A stretch of DNA of 20,000 nucleotides from an uncultured virus (IMG/VR IMGVR_UViG_3300027734_000063). Its lineage: Duplodnaviria > Heunggongvirae > Uroviricota > Caudoviricetes. Of the stretch, positions 17,513-20,000 are shown in pieces. Under the pieces are notes generated by a model that saw only the letters and a list, made by a program, of their open reading frames with translations, was not told where the DNA came from and searched no databases. A program made the position numbers and the translations under genes. The DNA lies in the IMG/VR virus record IMGVR_UViG_3300027734_000063. One strand, written 5' to 3'. Every line of letters begins with the position of its first letter. The stretch's first letter is position 1.

Positions 17513-17768
17513 GTTGAGCTTTTTTAATAGCCTCATTAGCCTCAAACATTGCCCGAACCGCCATAGCTTCTTCTGCCAATAAATGCTCTTTGACCCAAGA
17601 CATTATTTGCATAAGAGATTCACGGTCATGGTGTAGCAGTACGCCAATAGAACTCATGGCTGAAGCTCTAGCCCGAACAATTTTTATTTCATCCAAAATA
17701 TACCCCCTATCCTTTTTGCGCATAGAAAACTGACGGGGGGTGTTCCACGTGGAACATATTGTGATCAT
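17499..17768 (-). CDS. Hypothetical protein
   Basis: 89 aa with an ATGA overlap to the TerS stop; an alternative start at 17723 would leave the parS-like site intergenic. Confidence 0.55.
   Translation of the reverse strand: MITICSTWNTPRQFSMRKKDRGYILDEIKIVRARASAMSSIGVLLHHDRESLMQIMSWVKEHLLAEEAMAVRAMFEANEAIKKAQHGKA
17741..17756. promoter_or_regulatory. parS-like 16-bp perfect palindrome TGTTCCACGTGGAACA
   Basis: Exact palindrome of the conserved bacterial chromosomal parS type (TGTT[T/C]CACGTG[A/G]AACA). Confidence 0.75.
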
Positions 17769-18655
17769 TCCCCATTTTTTATACCCCCACCCCCAAGACC
17801 GTTATCCTTATTAGGGTTTTCACTAGTTGACACGCAAGTGTCTGATTCTAAAGGACTTGTCACTGGAAGCGGGTTTCCAGTGAGGATTTTTGGAGGTGAT
17901 TTAATGTGTGGAATACTATGCAAGTCTGGCACCACGAGTGTTGCCGAATTTTGGGGGTCGTAGGTAGGTAGGTCGGCAGGATTGCCGTTTGTTGATGCCA
18001 CCCCGTCTTCAATTTCCTCCTGCACCTCGTCCAATACATCATCATCTGCCAGTTCATGAGTGCCTACATCATCCATCACTTTAGTAATCCCTGTGATCTC
18101 TGCCAGTAAAGAGTCTGCATCATCCACCTCGACATCCTCTGCACCCTGACTAGAGATCGCCAGTCGAATAGAGTTGAGTAGCTTGTCCTTCATCTCCTGT
18201 GAGTTAGTGATCTGCACTATCTCTCTGCGTTCTGTAAACAATGCCACCTCAGTGATCTTGCCCAATAGTTCCAGTGCTTTAAGCTGTTGAGCAGGAGGGA
18301 CATCGGGATCAAGAGCCTTCTCTGTGATCTTGTGGATTGCTAATGCCCTTAAAGAAGCAGGCGTAATATACTGATTTGCCTCCAAAGCCACCCTGAAAGC
18401 CTCAATCTGAGTGGCGATAGACGGGTTCTTTGAGAGTTTCTGAGCCTCTGCTGACTGGGTTGATGGTTTGCCCTTGCTCTTATACACCTTCCGATAAGCC
18501 CCTGTCTTCGTATTCCCCATCGCTACTTCCTTCGCAAAAGCCCGTTGTTTGTGGGTTAGCTTGGTTGTCTTAGCATTTACCGCACCCAACAATAGAGTAT
18601 CCATCGGCATAGCTTCAAGCCCTGCCTCGATTTCCTTCCTTGTGAGTCTTTTCAT
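17765..18655 (-). CDS. terS: Terminase small subunit with long acidic/disordered C-terminus
   Basis: KLTHKQRAFAKEVAMGNTKTGAYRKVY...AQKLSKNPSI helix-turn-helix and QLKALELLGK motif typical of TerS; first gene of the late operon. Confidence 0.8.
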   Translation of the reverse strand: MKRLTRKEIEAGLEAMPMDTLLLGAVNAKTTKLTHKQRAFAKEVAMGNTKTGAYRKVYKSKGKPSTQSAEAQKLSKNPSIATQIEAFRVALEANQYITPASLRALAIHKITEKALDPDVPPAQQLKALELLGKITEVALFTERREIVQITNSQEMKDKLLNSIRLAISSQGAEDVEVDDADSLLAEITGITKVMDDVGTHELADDDVLDEVQEEIEDGVASTNGNPADLPTYDPQNSATLVVPDLHSIPHIKSPPKILTGNPLPVTSPLESDTCVSTSENPNKDNGLGGGGIKNGE

Positions 18656-18919
18656 GGGTATCTCTTGATAATCGGCATACCCCTGATTCTAGGACACTTA
18701 GGACTATTCTGCTAGTGATCTCTCTATCCTCTAGTGTTATCTCTCTCTAGTGCTTTACTTACTGGGCTGTTTCGCTTCGCTATTTACCCCGCTTTTAGGC
18801 TAATTTGCCCCGATTTATGCGAGCCACAGAGCCGTGCTTTATCTTTTTATGAGCCTTGATGCACAAGTAATGCTCTCTCGCATCTGGAATATCACCCTGC
18901 AAGCCTTATTCTATAAGGG

Positions 18920-18983
18920 ATAAAAATATTTTAAATAAATACTTGACAGTCAATAAATCTATGCTTGACAATGAAATTGTCAA
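18920..18983. promoter_or_regulatory. Divergent sigma70-type promoter region with operator-like inverted repeats
   Basis: AT-rich UP-like tract (18920-41); TTGACA (18943-48)-N18-GACAAT on +; TTGACA-N16-TAGATT on -; palindromes TTGAC-A-GTCAA (18943-53) and TTGACAAT-GAA-ATTGTCAA (18965-83). Confidence 0.6.
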
Positions 18984-19008
18984 TCACCTGATGACTTGTT
19001 AATTAACC

Positions 19009-19022
19009 ACCTGCTAGGAGTT
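19009..19022 (+). repeat. 14-nt leader/RBS repeat ACCTGCTAGGAGTT, copy 1
   Basis: Identical copy at 19908-19921. Confidence 0.8.
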
Positions 19023-19027
19023 TACTA

Positions 19028-19174
19028 ATGAATCTACTGCCATCACTTGTATCACCAATGGACATCCACCAATGTATTAAGCATTGTGGGGTTCGCTATA
19101 CATTTTGGAGACTGACTGAGTGCGATAACTGCTCGGTTGGTCGTGCCATCTACCTAATCCTACTATCCATCTAA
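19028..19174 (+). CDS. Small early protein, 48 aa, Cys-rich (below the ORF-track cutoff)
   Basis: AGGAG RBS; MNLLPSLVSPMDIHQCIKHCGVRYTFWRLTECDNCSVGRAIYLILLSI; its stop overlaps the next RBS. Confidence 0.65.
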   Translation: MNLLPSLVSPMDIHQCIKHCGVRYTFWRLTECDNCSVGRAIYLILLSI

Positions 19175-19184
19175 GGGGAATCTC

Positions 19185-19460
19185 ATGGCTAACTGGAAGC
19201 AAACCCTTGATATTACTGACCTGATGGATGCTTTTGAGCAAACTGAGGATGCCCTTACCTTTGCCAAAAAAGCCTCAATCCGCATTACTAAATTCATCGA
19301 GACTAATCAGTCTTGGGCTGATCGCAACGATATCACCGAAGACTTAGAGGAGATCGCTGAAAGCCTGTCCTACGCTGACGATACTGCCGAGGTTGATTAC
19401 ATCTTGGCTGACCTGTATGACCTTGCCGACAATGCCCGTATTTGGGTTAAGACTTTTTAA
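19185..19460 (+). CDS. Acidic early hypothetical protein
   Basis: 91 aa; AAGGGG RBS; about 21 Asp/Glu versus 8 Lys/Arg. Confidence 0.8.
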   Translation: MANWKQTLDITDLMDAFEQTEDALTFAKKASIRITKFIETNQSWADRNDITEDLEEIAESLSYADDTAEVDYILADLYDLADNARIWVKTF

Positions 19461-19470
19461 GGAGAATCAC

Positions 19471-19710
19471 ATGACTGATAAAGAATTTATTGAAATATTT
19501 AAAAAACACGCTTGCAAGAACTACAACAATGGCTACGACTATATCGTTGAATGTTGGACTGACGAAGAATTACTGGAAGAACTGGCTTACTGTGGTGGGG
19601 ATACGATTAAATTTACTGACAGTATGCAAGATATTGTTAATTTGTATCTGCAAAAACAGCAAGAGCAGAGAGCCGATGTCATTGATTTTGGCGAAACACC
19701 TAATTTTTAA
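19471..19710 (+). CDS. Acidic early hypothetical protein (79 aa)
   Basis: Likely start ATG at 19471 behind TAAGGAG (MTDKEFIEIFKKHACKNYNNGYDYIVECWTDEEL...). Confidence 0.8.
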   Translation: MTDKEFIEIFKKHACKNYNNGYDYIVECWTDEELLEELAYCGGDTIKFTDSMQDIVNLYLQKQQEQRADVIDFGETPNF

Positions 19711-19721
19711 GGGGACTGATT

Positions 19722-19862
19722 ATGTTTATGACTGACGATGAAATCAACGATTACTACGATTCACATCCTGACCTGACACTTGCCCAGTTAAGCCGTATGA
19801 CAGGCAAATCTGTGGAGCAATTAAAACGCATCCTGATGCCCGATTATTACGAGTCAAACTGA
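19722..19862 (+). CDS. Small early protein, 46 aa, HTH-like
   Basis: AAGGGG RBS; MFMTDDEINDYYDSHPDLTLAQLSRMTGKSVEQLKRILMPDYYESN; the TGA stop lies in the hammerhead core. Confidence 0.7.
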   Translation: MFMTDDEINDYYDSHPDLTLAQLSRMTGKSVEQLKRILMPDYYESN

Positions 19863-19905
19863 TGATGGGGTTTTTCCCCGAAACAATCGAGAGATTGTCT
19901 TTGAC
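19853..19905 (+). ncRNA. Type I hammerhead self-cleaving ribozyme
   Basis: Stem I GUCAAA/UUUGAC; core CUGAUGA plus an extra U; stem II GGGG-UUUUU-CCCC; GAA; stem III ACAAUC-GAGA-GAUUGU; cleavage triplet GUC at 19897-19899. Confidence 0.9.
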
Positions 19906-19907
19906 AA

Positions 19908-19921
19908 ACCTGCTAGGAGTT
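19908..19921 (+). repeat. 14-nt leader/RBS repeat ACCTGCTAGGAGTT, copy 2
   Basis: Identical copy at 19009-19022. Confidence 0.8.
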
Positions 19922-19924
19922 GAA

Positions 19925-20000
19925 ATGAGAGTTATGAAAATTGTTAGATCGGAAGTGATCGTGCCAAAAGGTAGTTATGTAATTGGTGATCCCTGCTATG
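19925..20000 (+). CDS. Early hypothetical protein, N-terminal fragment (YVIGDPCY motif)
   Basis: AGGAG RBS; MRVMKIVRSEVIVPKGSYVIGDPCY runs off the window. Confidence 0.65.
   Translation, partial: MRVMKIVRSEVIVPKGSYVIGDPCY

Noticed and set aside
1741..18057. Plus-strand and alternate-frame ORFs nested in the late operon (e.g. 1741..2160, 6455..6799, 9602..9826, 15845..16246, 17213..17527, 17860..18057)
   Set aside because: They overlap well-supported genes or RNA elements, have no obvious RBS and show no protein-like motifs.
18965..19003. Possible second (type II) hammerhead: GAAA...CTGATGA with TTGACAA/TTGTTAA pairing
   Set aside because: Only 11 nt separate GAAA from CUGAUGA, too few for stems I and III; better explained as promoter palindromes.
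19490..19735. 81-aa plus-strand ORF
   Set aside because: Alternate frame of the RBS-supported 19471..19710 gene.
19901..19930. TTGACA as an internal promoter
   Set aside because: No credible -10 at 16-18 nt spacing; the hexamer is explained as hammerhead stem I.
1..20000. CRISPR array, tRNA, integrase/transposase, intron/intein, DGR or stop-codon recoding
   Set aside because: None seen: no regular repeat-spacer units or cloverleaf; TerL, portal and MCP are uninterrupted in the standard code; the Gly-codon repeats are coding low complexity.

Overview
Dense window from a tailed dsDNA phage (Caudoviricetes, podovirus-like gene order; the freshwater proteobacterial-phage type is an inference). 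Positions 1-18655 hold one minus-strand late operon: TerS, a LexA-like HTH protein, TerL, portal, GroES-like co-chaperonin, scaffold, capsid decoration protein, Mu gpT-like major capsid, a cluster of very basic Lys/Gly/Met-rich small proteins, two adaptor-like proteins, and tail genes ending in a glycine-rich fibre that runs off the left edge and is missing from the ORF track. A divergent promoter region (about 18660-19020) leads into small plus-strand early genes. Non-coding highlights: (1) a complete type I hammerhead ribozyme at 19853-19905 whose core contains the stop codon of the upstream gene; (2) a perfect chromosomal-type parS palindrome at 17741-17756 beside G/C tracts, where a zone depleted in restriction palindromes begins; (3) a pseudoknotted RNA downstream of the capsid gene, resembling Mu-gpT-DE; (4) a repeated hydrophobic-x-x-Gly-Gly motif in the basic proteins, suggesting processed polyprotein or core proteins. 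All calls were made by eye; no database searches were run.
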